A stretch of 64,000 nucleotides of DNA, taken from contig JAEZCY010000374.1 of NCBI GenBank assembly GCA_023429845.1, positions 8,904 to 72,903 of the forward strand, in the 5' to 3' direction. Under the pieces are notes generated by a model. The model ran no database searches and was not told the origin of the DNA. It worked only from the letters and a program-made list of their open reading frames with translations. This document shows, in pieces, positions 10,192 through 20,326 of this stretch. Made by a program: the position numbers and the translations under genes. The number at the start of each line of letters is the position of its first letter. Positions within the stretch are counted from its first letter, which is position 1. This stretch comes from Acidobacteriota bacterium. GTDB taxonomy: Bacteria; Acidobacteriota; Vicinamibacteria; Vicinamibacterales; Vicinamibacteraceae.

Positions 10192-11346
10192 TCACCCCTG
10201 CCGCCTGAGTGCGTCCACGATCCGGAGCCGGCTGGCCTGCCAGGCGGGCAGCAGCCCGGCTGCAAGTCCGAGCGCCAGAATCAGACACACGCCGAGGACG
10301 ATGTCGCGTGTCGGCAGGAAGAACGCCGGCAGCATCCCGCCTGTCGGGTCGCCGTTCTGCGTGACGATCCACGCGATCAGCAGCCCCGCGCTGCCCCCAA
10401 GCACCGCAAGCACCACGGACTCGAGCAGCACCAGCGCGAGCAGGTGCCCGTCCGTGAAGCCGAGCGTCTTCATCACGGCGAGTTCGTTGGTGCGCTCGCG
10501 CACCGCCTGACCCATCGTGTTGGCCGCCACGAGCAGCATCGTGAACAGCACTGCGGCGAGAATCGCCATCAGGATGGAGCCGATGTCGCCGATCTGGCTG
10601 GCGAATGCCTGTACGAACGCCTTCTCGGTGGACGTCTTCGTCTCGGCCGACGAGTTGGCGAACAGCGCATCGAGGCGTCCCGCGACGTCCTCGGACTGCT
10701 GCGGATCCGCGACGCGGATGGTGTACCAGCCCGTGAGGTCCTTGCCGAAGGTGCGCGTCTCGTTCAGGTAGTCGTAGTGGAAGAAGAACTGGCTGGTGTC
10801 GGTGCCCTGAGTGGCGGCCTCGTAGATGCCGTCGATCGTGAACGTCCAGGGCGCGTCGTCCGACGTACGCCAGATCGTGCCCTGCAGCGGCACCCGATCG
10901 CCCACCTTCCATCCGAAGCGATCGGCGAGCGTGCGACCGACGATCGCGCCGGTGCGGTCGGCGTACCACGCCTTCTTCTCGGCGTCCGACAGCACGTACT
11001 CGGGGTACATCTGCAGCCACGCCTCGGGCTCCACGGCGAGCTGCGCGAAGAAGTTCTTCGGGTCCTGGTAGATCCCGCCGAACCAGCTCGAATGCGTGAC
11101 CGCGGCCACGCCCGGCGCCGTCGCGATGCGCGCCTTGTAGGCCACGGGCAGCGGCTGGATGAACGACACCTTCTGGATCATCACGAGCCGGTCCTGGCCG
11201 ATCAGCTCCACACCCATGCCGAAGGCAACCTTGAGCGCCATCAGCGCGCCGAACAGCACGAAGGCGACGAAGATGGAGAGCGCGGTGAACACCGTGCGGA
11301 TCTTGCGGCGCATGAGGCTGCGCCAGACGAGCGGCAGGTACTTCAC
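10192..11346 (-). CDS. ABC transporter permease (MacB/FtsX family)
   Basis: GTG start (VKYLPLVWRSL) overlapping the upstream stop; NTMGQAVRERTNELAVMKTLGF. Confidence 0.9.
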   Translation of the reverse strand: MKYLPLVWRSLMRRKIRTVFTALSIFVAFVLFGALMALKVAFGMGVELIGQDRLVMIQKVSFIQPLPVAYKARIATAPGVAAVTHSSWFGGIYQDPKNFFAQLAVEPEAWLQMYPEYVLSDAEKKAWYADRTGAIVGRTLADRFGWKVGDRVPLQGTIWRTSDDAPWTFTIDGIYEAATQGTDTSQFFFHYDYLNETRTFGKDLTGWYTIRVADPQQSEDVAGRLDALFANSSAETKTSTEKAFVQAFASQIGDIGSILMAILAAVLFTMLLVAANTMGQAVRERTNELAVMKTLGFTDGHLLALVLLESVVLAVLGGSAGLLIAWIVTQNGDPTGGMLPAFFLPTRDIVLGVCLILALGLAAGLLPAWQASRLRIVDALRRQG

Positions 11347-12047
11347 GCGCTCACCTCCTGCACCAGGAGCCCCTTCTCCAGGTTCACCAGGCGGCTGGCA
11401 CACGCCGCCGCGTGCGGGTCGTGGGTGACCATCACGATCGTCTTGCCATGGTCGCGATTGAGCGCCTTCAGCAGTTCCAGAATCTCGTCGCCAGACTTGC
11501 GGTCGAGGTCGCCTGTGGGCTCGTCACATAGAAGCAGCGTGGGATCGGTGACGATGGCCCGCGCGATGCCGACACGCTGCTCCTGACCGCCGGAGAGTTG
11601 GCGCGGATAGTGTTTGGCGCGATCGCCGAGGCCCACCACCGACAGGGCTACCGCCGCGCGCTGCCGACGCTCGCTCGCGGACAGCCGCGTGAGCAGCAGC
11701 GGCAGTTCGACGTTGCGCTGCGCCGTCAGTACGGGGAGCAGGTTGTACAGCTGGAACACGAAGCCGACGTGCTGCGCGCGCCAGCGCGCCAGCGCGCCGC
11801 CCGACAACTGGTCGAGGCGCTGGCCACCGACGTCGATGCTGCCGCTCGACGGCCGGTCGAGCCCGCCGAGCAGGTTCAGCAGCGTGGTCTTGCCGGACCC
11901 GGACGGCCCCATGAGCGCGAGGAACTCGCCACGGGCGATCTCGAGGTCCACGCCCTGCAGCACCTGGATCCGTTCGTTGCCGCGCCGATACTCCTTGTGC
12001 AGTTGCCTGACGGTCACGAGCGGCGGCGTGGGGAGCTGGGTATTCAT
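11343..12047 (-). CDS. ABC transporter ATP-binding protein (LolD/MacB-like)
   Basis: Walker A GPSGSGKT, signature LSGGQEQR, Walker B LLLCDEPTG and VTHD. Confidence 0.95.
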   Translation of the reverse strand: MNTQLPTPPLVTVRQLHKEYRRGNERIQVLQGVDLEIARGEFLALMGPSGSGKTTLLNLLGGLDRPSSGSIDVGGQRLDQLSGGALARWRAQHVGFVFQLYNLLPVLTAQRNVELPLLLTRLSASERRQRAAVALSVVGLGDRAKHYPRQLSGGQEQRVGIARAIVTDPTLLLCDEPTGDLDRKSGDEILELLKALNRDHGKTIVMVTHDPHAAACASRLVNLEKGLLVQEVSA

Positions 12048-13279
12048 CGACGGCCCTCCTCGATGGCGCTGCCGTCGGCAAGTCCTTCCGGCGCGCCCAC
12101 GATGACGCGGTCGCCTGCCGACACCCCGGAACGGAGCTCGACGTCGGCGCCACTGGTACGGCCCACCTGCACGGAACGGCGCACCGCACGTCCCGAGGAG
12201 GCGAGCAAGACAAACGTCTGGTCGCCGTCGCGCCGCACGGCGGCGGATGGCGCCCACAGCGAAGGCGGCTCGTTCGCGGCGGTGTTGGCCGCCTCGGACG
12301 GCTTGAGGAACGTGACCTTGACGCCCATGTCGGGCAGCAACCGCGCGTCGAGCTCGTCGAATCCGATGCGTACGAGCACGGTGGCCTTCTGCCGATCGGC
12401 GGTCGGCACCATCGTGATCACGTGCGCGGGGATGGACCAGTCCGGGTACGCGTCCAGGACGGCACGTACTGGCTGCCCGTCGGACACGCGCGTGATGTAG
12501 CTCTCGTTGACGTCCACCTCGATCTCGAGCGACGTCATGTCGACGATGGTGCAGATGCCCGTGCGGGTGAACCCGCCCCCGGCCGAAACCGGCGAGATCA
12601 TCTCGCCGGGCTGCGCGTCCTTCGACACCGCCTTGCCGCCGAACGGCGCACGGATGACCGTGTCCTCGAGGTCGGTCCGACGCAGCGCCACTTGACGTTC
12701 GGCGACGGCGACGTCCTCGCGGGCGGCACCGAGTCGCGCCCGGAACGCATCGAGCTGGGCGGTTGCGGTGTCGAGATCGGCCGCGGCGACGACGCCTTCC
12801 TTTGCGAGCCGCTGCTGGCGGCCGAACGCGAGGTCGGCTTCGCGAATGCGTACTTCGGTTTCGAGCAACTGCGCGCGTGCCGCACCGAGCTGGGCCTCGG
12901 CCAGCTGCAGCATCGCCCGGGCCGTCGAGTCGTCGAGGCGGGCCAGCACCTGTCCCTGCGCCACCGACATCCCCTCCTCGACGTTCACCGACACCACCTT
13001 GCCCGTGATACGCGACGAGACCGTTGCGCGCCGGCGTGCCGTGACGTACCCCGACGCGTTGAGGACCGCCTCGTCCCCAGCCGCGGCCCCCGCGCCCCGC
13101 GCGACCACCGGCGTCGTCGTGACCGTCGCGGCGGAGGGACGGCGCCAGTACCACCAGCCGGCCCCGGCAGCCAGCACCAGCAGGGCCAGCGCGATCCAGC
13201 GAGCGGCGCCGCCAGACGGACGGCCGCGGGCGTCGCGATCGAGCTTGAGAGCGGCGAGGTCGGTACGCAGGTCGTTCAC
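12044..13279 (-). CDS. Efflux periplasmic adaptor subunit (MacA-like membrane fusion protein)
   Basis: N-terminal TM anchor, LNASGYV...VSSRITGKV lipoyl-like halves, helical hairpin, IRAPFGG. Confidence 0.9.
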   Translation of the reverse strand: MNDLRTDLAALKLDRDARGRPSGGAARWIALALLVLAAGAGWWYWRRPSAATVTTTPVVARGAGAAAGDEAVLNASGYVTARRRATVSSRITGKVVSVNVEEGMSVAQGQVLARLDDSTARAMLQLAEAQLGAARAQLLETEVRIREADLAFGRQQRLAKEGVVAAADLDTATAQLDAFRARLGAAREDVAVAERQVALRRTDLEDTVIRAPFGGKAVSKDAQPGEMISPVSAGGGFTRTGICTIVDMTSLEIEVDVNESYITRVSDGQPVRAVLDAYPDWSIPAHVITMVPTADRQKATVLVRIGFDELDARLLPDMGVKVTFLKPSEAANTAANEPPSLWAPSAAVRRDGDQTFVLLASSGRAVRRSVQVGRTSGADVELRSGVSAGDRVIVGAPEGLADGSAIEEGRR

Positions 13280-13461
13280 TTCGGTCTGGGCCTCGAGGGG
13301 TGACAGGTGTCGGGTTATCAGCAGTGACGGACTCGGACGGTCATACGGCGCGTGGCGTGCGGCGTTCCGGCGGCATCGGCCAACAGACGCGGCTGCCCGG
13401 CCAACGACAGCGATCTCTCGTGCGCAGGTGCCGGCCTCCGTACGTGGGCGCCGGCTCCCTG

Positions 13462-13487
13462 CGTAGGCACCGGGCCTTGCCCGGCGC
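13462..13487 (+). repeat. GTAG-headed REP-like palindrome (family B)
   Basis: CGTAGGCACCGGGCCTTGCCCGGCGC. Confidence 0.6.
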
Positions 13488-13580
13488 GGGGCGTCCCTCC
13501 GCTTCCGGCGTTCTGCGAGCAGACGACGGCCTGCGAGTTGGACTGACCCATCGGGCACGGATCATCGGTATGCTCGAGAG

Positions 13581-14081
13581 ATGTTCCACATGCCCACCCT
13601 CGACGCCGGCGCCACGACGTTCCACGCCGAGCTTCGAGCACAGCTCGAGGCGCTCATCGGCGACGAGCGCGATGCGGTCGCCAACCTGGCAAACGCGGCC
13701 GCGCTGATCTGGCACACCACTCCTGACTTGAACTGGGCAGGATTCTACCTGCGTCGCGGGGCGGACGAACTCGTGCTCGGGCCGTTCCAGGGCAAGCCCG
13801 CCTGCGTGCGAATCGCCGTGGGCCGCGGTGTGTGCGGCGCCGCAGTCGCCCGGGACGCATCGGTGCTCGTGCCGGACGTGGAGGCCTTCCCGGGTCACAT
13901 CGCCTGTGACAGTGCCTCGCGATCCGAACTCGTCGTGCCGATCCGGCATGCCGGGCGCGTTGTCGGCGTGCTCGACCTCGACAGCCCGACGGCCGGGCGC
14001 TTCTCGGACGCTGACAGGGCGGGCTTCGAAGCGCTCGCGGCCGCGCTCGAAGTCCGGACCGACTGGGCGTTTCTCGCATGA
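13581..14081 (+). CDS. msrC: GAF-domain free methionine-R-sulfoxide reductase
   Basis: NWAGFY, LGPFQGKPAC, GRGVCG, HIACDSASRSE and VLDLDS motifs. Confidence 0.88.
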   Translation: MFHMPTLDAGATTFHAELRAQLEALIGDERDAVANLANAAALIWHTTPDLNWAGFYLRRGADELVLGPFQGKPACVRIAVGRGVCGAAVARDASVLVPDVEAFPGHIACDSASRSELVVPIRHAGRVVGVLDLDSPTAGRFSDADRAGFEALAAALEVRTDWAFLA

Positions 14082-14234
14082 CACACTGGCAGGTATATGT
14101 GTTGTAACGCGCACTGCGTGCGCGGCGTCTGTATGCGTGTCAGGCCGCAAGCGGGACCGACCGCTGCCGGCACCGCATCCAAGAAGTGGGGCACGACGGA
14201 CGTATTGCCCCGCACGACAGCCAGGAGTGCTCCG

Positions 14235-14819
14235 ATGATCGTTCGTTTCGCCCTGACCGCTGCTGCGGTCGCGTTCCTTGCCGCGCCCGTCGCCGCACAG
14301 ACATGGAAGATCGATGGCGCCCACTCGACGGCCGGGTTCGCCGTGCGCCACATGATGGTCAGCAACGTGAAGGGCAGTTTCGGCAAGGTCGAAGGCACCA
14401 TCGTGTACGACGGCACGAACGTCGGCGCCGTCCAGGCCGAGGCCACCATCGATACGACGACGATCACGACCAACAACGAGAAGCGCGACGCGCACCTGAG
14501 GAGCCCGGACTTCTTCGACGCGGCTGGCCACCCGACGATCACCTTCAAGAGCAGGCGCGCCGAGCCGGCAGGCCAGGGCAAGTTCCGTCTGGTCGGCGAC
14601 CTGACGATGCGGGGCAAGACGAAGGAAGTGGTCCTGGACGTCGAGGGCCCCACCGACCCGGTGACGGTGCAGAACAGCCAGCGGATCGGCGCCACGGCCA
14701 CCACCACGCTCAACCGACAGGACTTCGGCGTCAACTGGAGCCGCGCCATGGACGGCGGCGGCTACGTCGTGGGCGACGAGGTGAAGGTGACCCTCGAGCT
14801 CGAGCTGATCAAGCAGTAG
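14235..14819 (+). CDS. yceI: YceI family polyisoprenoid-binding protein
   Basis: Signal peptide, WKIDGAHS...FAVRHMMVS, RDAHLRSPDFFD, LNRQDFG. AGGAG SD. Confidence 0.92.
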   Translation: MIVRFALTAAAVAFLAAPVAAQTWKIDGAHSTAGFAVRHMMVSNVKGSFGKVEGTIVYDGTNVGAVQAEATIDTTTITTNNEKRDAHLRSPDFFDAAGHPTITFKSRRAEPAGQGKFRLVGDLTMRGKTKEVVLDVEGPTDPVTVQNSQRIGATATTTLNRQDFGVNWSRAMDGGGYVVGDEVKVTLELELIKQ

Positions 14820-14850
14820 GGCCTCTGCGCAACGCTACTGCTCGATCACC

Positions 14851-14942
14851 GCAATGCGGGAACGCGGCAATGCGGGAATGTCGACAACGCATCACTTCAT
14901 GCCCTCGGCATTCCCGCATTCCCGCATTCCCGCATTTCCCGC
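14851..14942. repeat. Inverted octamer arrays between convergent genes (family C-like; possible long terminator hairpin)
   Basis: Left arm GCAATGCG GGAACGCG GCAATGCG GGAATG; right arm (GCATTCCC)x3 GCATTTCCCGC. Confidence 0.75.
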
Positions 14943-14943
14943 C

Positions 14944-16533
14944 TCACGTAATGAGCGCCTCGAGGGCGTCGATTGTGTCGGCGTCCTCGGCCTTCTTGTC
15001 GTGGCGCCAGCGCGCGATGCGCGGGAAACGCACCGCGACGCCGCTCTTGTGGCGGCCAGAGCGCTGCACGTTCTCGAAGGCCACCTCGAACACGTGCGTG
15101 GGGACGACGCGCCGCACCGGCCCGAACTTCTCCAGGGTGTTGGCGCGTACCCACCTGTCCACCTGCTCGATCTCCTCGTTGGAGAGCCCCGAATACGCCT
15201 TGGCTACCGGGACGAGTTCGCCGTCCTTCCATAGCGCGAAGGTGTAGTCGGTGAACAGCGTGGCCCGGCGTCCGTTGCCCGGCTGCGCATACACGAGCAC
15301 GGCGTCCACCGAGAACGGATCCACCTTCCACTTCCACCAGTCGCCCTTGCGACGGCCGGTGCCATAGGCCGAGTCGAGGCGCTTGAGCATGTAGCCCTCG
15401 ACGCTGCGCGTGCGCGACTCTTCGCGGCGGGTGGCCAGCGCCGCCCATGTCGGATCGTTCACGAGCGGAGAGAGACGCAGGCCCGGCGCGTGCGCGGCAA
15501 CCATGGCCTCGAGGCGGGCTCGTCGCTCGACCAGTGGCACCGAGCGGATGTCCGTGCCGTCCTGCTCGATGATGTCGTACGCCATGAATGCGGCGGGCGC
15601 CTCGGCGAGCGCGCTTTTCGTAAGATTCTGACGACCGATGCGCAGCTGCAGCTTCGCGAAGGCGAGCGGCGCGTCGCCGTGCCAGGCGAGCACCTCGCCG
15701 TCGAGCACCGTCCCGTCGGGGAGCGCCTCGGCCGCGGCGACCACTTCCGGGAAGCGCGGCGTGATGATCTCCTCGCCGCGCGACCAGAGGTATGTGTTGC
15801 CGGCGCGGCGGATCAGTTGCGCGCGGATGCCGTCCCACTTCCACTCGACCTGCCAGGCCTCGCGGCCGCCGATCGCAGCCACGTCCTGTTCGAGCGGGTA
15901 CGCGAGGCAGAACGGGTAGGGTCGCGACGCGTTGTCGGCGTCGGCGTCCGGCGCCATGAGCGCCCGGTAGGCGTCGGCCGATGGGTGCCAGTGCCCCATG
16001 AGCCGGTGGGTCATGACGTCGGCGCTGACGCCGGCCACCGCGGAGAGCGCGCGAACGACGAGTGTTCGAGAGACGCCCACGCGCATCTCGCCCGTCAGCA
16101 GCTTGTTGAGCAGGAAGCGCTCGAACGAGGGCAGGCACCGCCACCAGTGCAGCACGTCCTGCCGCTGGTCCTCGGGCGGCTTGCTGCGCAGGGCCTCCAG
16201 CCGGTTCTCGATCCACGTGTGCAGCGCGACGTGCCGCTCGTCGCCCTCCGGCGGCACTGCGTCGAGCAGCAGGGCGATCGTCTCGGCGACGTCACCGACG
16301 GCAGCATACGACTCCTCGAGCAGCCAGGACGGCACACCGGTCGCTTCCAGCGTCCACTCGCGCAGCAGCTTGCTCGGGAGCAGCCGCAGCAGGCGTCGGC
16401 CCGCGAGGAAGAACACGGTCCAGGCGGCGTCGGCGGGCGGCGCCGATCGGAAGTACGCCTCCATGGCCGCGACCTTCGCGTTGGTCGAGGTCGTGCGATC
16501 GAGCGTGGCGTAGAGGTCCGAGAACCGCTGCAT
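14944..16533 (-). CDS. ATP-dependent DNA ligase (DNA-damage-response type)
   Basis: EWKWDGIRAQ (KxDG), VLDGEV, EGYMLKR, WWKWK and RFPRI motifs. Confidence 0.95.
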   Translation of the reverse strand: MQRFSDLYATLDRTTSTNAKVAAMEAYFRSAPPADAAWTVFFLAGRRLLRLLPSKLLREWTLEATGVPSWLLEESYAAVGDVAETIALLLDAVPPEGDERHVALHTWIENRLEALRSKPPEDQRQDVLHWWRCLPSFERFLLNKLLTGEMRVGVSRTLVVRALSAVAGVSADVMTHRLMGHWHPSADAYRALMAPDADADNASRPYPFCLAYPLEQDVAAIGGREAWQVEWKWDGIRAQLIRRAGNTYLWSRGEEIITPRFPEVVAAAEALPDGTVLDGEVLAWHGDAPLAFAKLQLRIGRQNLTKSALAEAPAAFMAYDIIEQDGTDIRSVPLVERRARLEAMVAAHAPGLRLSPLVNDPTWAALATRREESRTRSVEGYMLKRLDSAYGTGRRKGDWWKWKVDPFSVDAVLVYAQPGNGRRATLFTDYTFALWKDGELVPVAKAYSGLSNEEIEQVDRWVRANTLEKFGPVRRVVPTHVFEVAFENVQRSGRHKSGVAVRFPRIARWRHDKKAEDADTIDALEALIT

Positions 16534-16536
16534 CGG

Positions 16537-17523
16537 CTACGCCTCCTCCCCGCGCACGGCCGCGTCGAGTACGCCCGCCGAGAGCCCGTGGTCGGCGCAC
16601 GTCCGCGCGAGCACGTCGGCATACCCGTGCGTCGCGAGCACGCGGCGGCACCCTGTGGCGGCGATCGTGTCGAGGAGCGCAGGCCAGTCCGCGTGGTCCG
16701 AGATCACGAACCCGCGGTCGACGCCCTTCCAGCGACGAGCACCGCGCACGCGCATCCAGCCGGACACCATCGCACTCGTTGCGTTCGGGAATCGCCTGAG
16801 CCAAGGCGTGTTCATCGCGGAAGGCGGCGCGATCACGACGCGGCCGCGCGTTGCCGCGCCGCGCGTCTGCTCCAGCACCGGCTCGACGGGCGGGAGGGGC
16901 ACACCCGCCTCACGGTACGCTTCCGTCATGGCGATCACCGCACCGTGCGCGAGCGGTGGTTCGTCCATCGTGCCGGCGAGCAGCGCGAGCAGGCGCTGCG
17001 CCTTGCCGAGGCTGTACGCGAACAGCACCGAAGGTCGATCGGCATCGCGGTTGCCAGCGATCCAGGCGCGCAGGTCCGCCACGACCTGATCCACAGGCGG
17101 CCAGCGGTAGATCGGCAGCGCGAACGTCGCCTCGCTCACGAGCGTGTCGCAGGGCACCACCTCGAACGCGTCACATGTGGGGTCGGCGTCTCGTTTATAG
17201 TCGCCGGTCACCACCCACACCTCGCCGCCCGCCGCGATGCGCACCTGTGCCGAGCCCGCGACGTGACCTGCGGGATGGAGCGACACCTCGACGCCGCCAA
17301 GCCGATGAGGCTCCCCATACGACCAGGCGTCGATCGTTACTTCCGGACCGAGGCGACGACGGAGGATTGGCGCACCTGCGGCCGCGCACACGTACCGTCG
17401 CGACCCCGGTCGCGCATGGTCGGCGTGCGCGTGCGTGATCACCGCCACGTCGACGCCGCCGACTGGATCGACGAAGAAGCCGCCGCGAGGGCACGCGAGT
17501 CCGTCCGGGGTGCTCTGGAGCAT
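16537..17523 (-). CDS. Ligase-associated DNA damage response exonuclease (MBL/beta-CASP fold)
   Basis: ITHAHADH, HPAGHVAGSAQ, TGDYK, SEATFALP, YSLGKAQR and SDHADW. Ends 3 nt before the ligase start. Confidence 0.92.
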   Translation of the reverse strand: MLQSTPDGLACPRGGFFVDPVGGVDVAVITHAHADHARPGSRRYVCAAAGAPILRRRLGPEVTIDAWSYGEPHRLGGVEVSLHPAGHVAGSAQVRIAAGGEVWVVTGDYKRDADPTCDAFEVVPCDTLVSEATFALPIYRWPPVDQVVADLRAWIAGNRDADRPSVLFAYSLGKAQRLLALLAGTMDEPPLAHGAVIAMTEAYREAGVPLPPVEPVLEQTRGAATRGRVVIAPPSAMNTPWLRRFPNATSAMVSGWMRVRGARRWKGVDRGFVISDHADWPALLDTIAATGCRRVLATHGYADVLARTCADHGLSAGVLDAAVRGEEA

Positions 17524-17700
17524 GAGGCGGGCACGAACAGCGTAACGCGGGTCTGGGGGCCTGCGGAACCGCGCATGTGTCCCCGCCGCGCAGGGGCCGG
17601 CGGGCGCGGGCGCACGCCTTGCCGTCGCGAGCGCAATCGTCGCGTGGATCCATCGCTCGACCATCGTCGATGCCAACCGGTTCCGCGAGTTTCGCGGTCG

Positions 17701-17728
17701 TACGCAGGCGTCGGCGCCTGCCCGACGC
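17701..17728 (+). repeat. REP-like palindrome, degenerate family B copy
   Basis: TACGCAGGCGTCGGCGCCTGCCCGACGC. Confidence 0.45.
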
Positions 17729-17769
17729 TCGGCGCGGTCGGGCTCACACCCGCGTCACGCTGACCGCCG

Positions 17770-20262
17770 TCAATCAATGCACGTGCCGAGGGCAGACGCG
17801 CCGGCGCTCCACGGAACCCCGTCCGTGTCGCGATAGAGCGCCCACTCCACGACCAGGGGAGCGGCCGGGCTTCCGGGGGCCGGCTCGATGAGCATGCCGA
17901 AACGGGAGTCGTGTGCGGTCGGGAACAACGCGGCGATATCGACGTTCTGCCGTGCGCCTGCGCCAACGTCGATCTCGGCCGTCAGGGGCGCGGCGCCTTC
18001 CCGCAGGAGTGTGGCGCGCACCGTCGTCGCGATCGTGCCGGTGTTTGCCAGGAGCACGTACGTCTGGCCTCCGCCGCCCCACTCGCCCTCGGCGATCACC
18101 CACCGCTGGCACGTCCGATTCGCACCGGCGCTCGCGTGTGCCTCGTGCCAGGTCGTCGAGGTTCCCGGCCACCACATGGCGCGCTCGGCTACGACCGGCG
18201 CGTCGGCATCGACGACCATCGACACGGCCGTCGACGCAAGCGACACGCCCGGCGCCGGGGTCTCGCCATTCACGAACACCGTCAACCGGCTCAGCGGCTC
18301 GACGACGTGCGTCACCGGTGGCGTCGGCCCCTGCGGCAGCAGGTACGTGACGCGAACCGGCACCGGCGACGTCGAAGGGTTGCCTACCAGCAGGTACTGC
18401 TGGAACAGCGGGCCCGTGTGCCCTTCTGCGAAGAACCACGTCGTCTCTGGCGCGACCACGCCCGCGCTGGCATGACCAGCCTCGAACCACGATGGCCCCG
18501 ACCGGTACATCGCCCGCTCGGCGACGAGCGGCACGTCCGATCGGACGATTACCGACGACGCCACGCCAGTCGAAGGCGTCTCGGGGCCGGCCTCGTCGCT
18601 GTTCACCCACACCGTATGTCGCGAGTGGGCGGCGACGAGATGCTCGCGGACGAGTGGAGGCAGAGGTGGCTGACGCAGATACGTAAGCGTGACATTGCCG
18701 CTGACGTCGCCCGGATTCTGCAGGAGGTAGAACAGGTCGAAACCGGTGTACGTCGCGCCTTCCGCGAAGTACCACTCCTGCGACGCGGCCGGAAGACCGT
18801 GCTCGGCATGGCTGCCGCGACCCTGTTCCCACTGCACGAGACGATCGACGCCCAGCAGTTCGTCCGACTCGACGACCGTCGCGAACTCGTGCCCCTGGAG
18901 ATCGGGAATCGCCGCCGTATCCACGGTGACGCGCTGGAGCGCCGGGACCTGTCGCGCGATACGCACGACACTGCGGTCGCTGCGCTCGAACCGGAGTTGC
19001 GCCCGCGCCGTCGCCGCCCCGGGATTGGCCAGGGCGATGCGCGTCGTCAGCGTGTCGCGGCGTACGCCCTCGGCAAGCAGGCGCACGAACCGACCACGCG
19101 GATGCGTCCCTGCCGCGTGCTCGTCGGCATTCGAGCGCCCGTCACCGTCCGGATCGCCCGCCGCGCCGTTGTCGCCATCGAGGCTCGTGGGATCGAGCCC
19201 GAACTCGCGCTCCCAGTCGTCGGGCAGCCCGTCGCTGTCGGCGTCCACGGGCGTCGCGGGCGGCTGCCAGCCGAGCTGCACGACTTCGAAGTCCGTGACG
19301 CGCACCGTGCGCACGGCGGAGGCGATGCTGTTCATGTACGGCGCCCAACGCGGGTCGTTGGTGCCTGTGACGTACATGTCCGAGCCGTTGTCGGCCACGA
19401 TGAGCCCGTACGTCTTGATCGCCTGCAGGAATCGCTGCACGTGAGGCGGGTGCATCGAGATGTCCACGCCGGCCTTCAAACGCAGGCGCGCGCCCATCGG
19501 CAGTGCCCCGCTGGTGTTGCCGGCCCGGTGAGAGGCGGGGAAGACGTGACCGTTGGTTGCGCGCACGGTGACACGGAACGCGTGTCGAATCGGCTCGGTG
19601 CCGAACAGTTCGTCGAAGCGCGCGAGCCCGGGCATGATCGCGAGTCCTGCCGCGTCGGCACTCGTCCAGCCCTCGGGCCGACGATCGCTGCGGGTCATGT
19701 CGAAGACAGCGCCCGAGTCGGCCTCCCAACGCTGCGCGCCTCCGTTCCAGTGCGCGCGGTAGAGCTCGTACAGCAGCCTGTTGTCTCGATCCACGAGGAT
19801 CAAATGGCGGTCGCCGCCAGGGTCCACATGGGCTGGCTGCCCGCCTTCCACGTAGCCGGGCGTGGACTTCGCCGCGTCGGGAATCGGATAGCCCGCCGGG
19901 CGTCCCGGGGCGCCGTCGTCACTCTCCCGGCCGTACGCGGTCCACGTGATTGGCACGAGCGGCTGGGTTCCCGGGACGCTGACGTACGGCATGCCGTAGG
20001 TGGCAGTGGGGTCGCCGGGGTCGTTTGCCGATGCACCCCAGTCCTGACGCAGGCGCAGGTCGCGGTTGTTACGGACCCAGGCGATGAACGCCGCGCTGTC
20101 GGGATCGACTGGCGCCTGGCTGACGTCGGCGTTCCACCAGTTGTCGGCGGGGAACAAGGGCAGGGGCTGCGGCAGCGGTCCGGCCGGCTGCGCCAGCGAC
20201 GCGCGCGGCGCCGCCGTCACCGCAACCAGGGCGAACGTAAGGAGAAGTAAACGCAATGCCAT
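17770..20262 (-). CDS. Secreted multidomain protein: uncharacterised N-terminal domain, Ca-binding-like DxDxDG repeats and repeated WxFAEG beta-domains
   Basis: Signal peptide MALRLLLLTFAL...SLA; DADSDGLPDDWE and DPDGDGRSNADE; repeats LLAEG, WYFAEG, WFFAEG, WVIAEG with VAERAM. Confidence 0.8.
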   Translation of the reverse strand: MALRLLLLTFALVAVTAAPRASLAQPAGPLPQPLPLFPADNWWNADVSQAPVDPDSAAFIAWVRNNRDLRLRQDWGASANDPGDPTATYGMPYVSVPGTQPLVPITWTAYGRESDDGAPGRPAGYPIPDAAKSTPGYVEGGQPAHVDPGGDRHLILVDRDNRLLYELYRAHWNGGAQRWEADSGAVFDMTRSDRRPEGWTSADAAGLAIMPGLARFDELFGTEPIRHAFRVTVRATNGHVFPASHRAGNTSGALPMGARLRLKAGVDISMHPPHVQRFLQAIKTYGLIVADNGSDMYVTGTNDPRWAPYMNSIASAVRTVRVTDFEVVQLGWQPPATPVDADSDGLPDDWEREFGLDPTSLDGDNGAAGDPDGDGRSNADEHAAGTHPRGRFVRLLAEGVRRDTLTTRIALANPGAATARAQLRFERSDRSVVRIARQVPALQRVTVDTAAIPDLQGHEFATVVESDELLGVDRLVQWEQGRGSHAEHGLPAASQEWYFAEGATYTGFDLFYLLQNPGDVSGNVTLTYLRQPPLPPLVREHLVAAHSRHTVWVNSDEAGPETPSTGVASSVIVRSDVPLVAERAMYRSGPSWFEAGHASAGVVAPETTWFFAEGHTGPLFQQYLLVGNPSTSPVPVRVTYLLPQGPTPPVTHVVEPLSRLTVFVNGETPAPGVSLASTAVSMVVDADAPVVAERAMWWPGTSTTWHEAHASAGANRTCQRWVIAEGEWGGGGQTYVLLANTGTIATTVRATLLREGAAPLTAEIDVGAGARQNVDIAALFPTAHDSRFGMLIEPAPGSPAAPLVVEWALYRDTDGVPWSAGASALGTCID

Positions 20263-20289
20263 CACCCGGGTAATCGACACGAGCCCCTC

Positions 20290-20324
20290 CACACGTCAGG
20301 TAGGGACCGCTGTCCCAGCGGTCC
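20290..20324 (+). repeat. 35-bp GTAG REP-like element (family A), copy 1
   Basis: CACACGTCAGGTAGGGACCGCTGTCCCAGCGGTCC, 34/35 identical to 33741-33775; stem GGACCGCTG/CAGCGGTCC. Confidence 0.85.
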
Positions 20325-20326
20325 AT

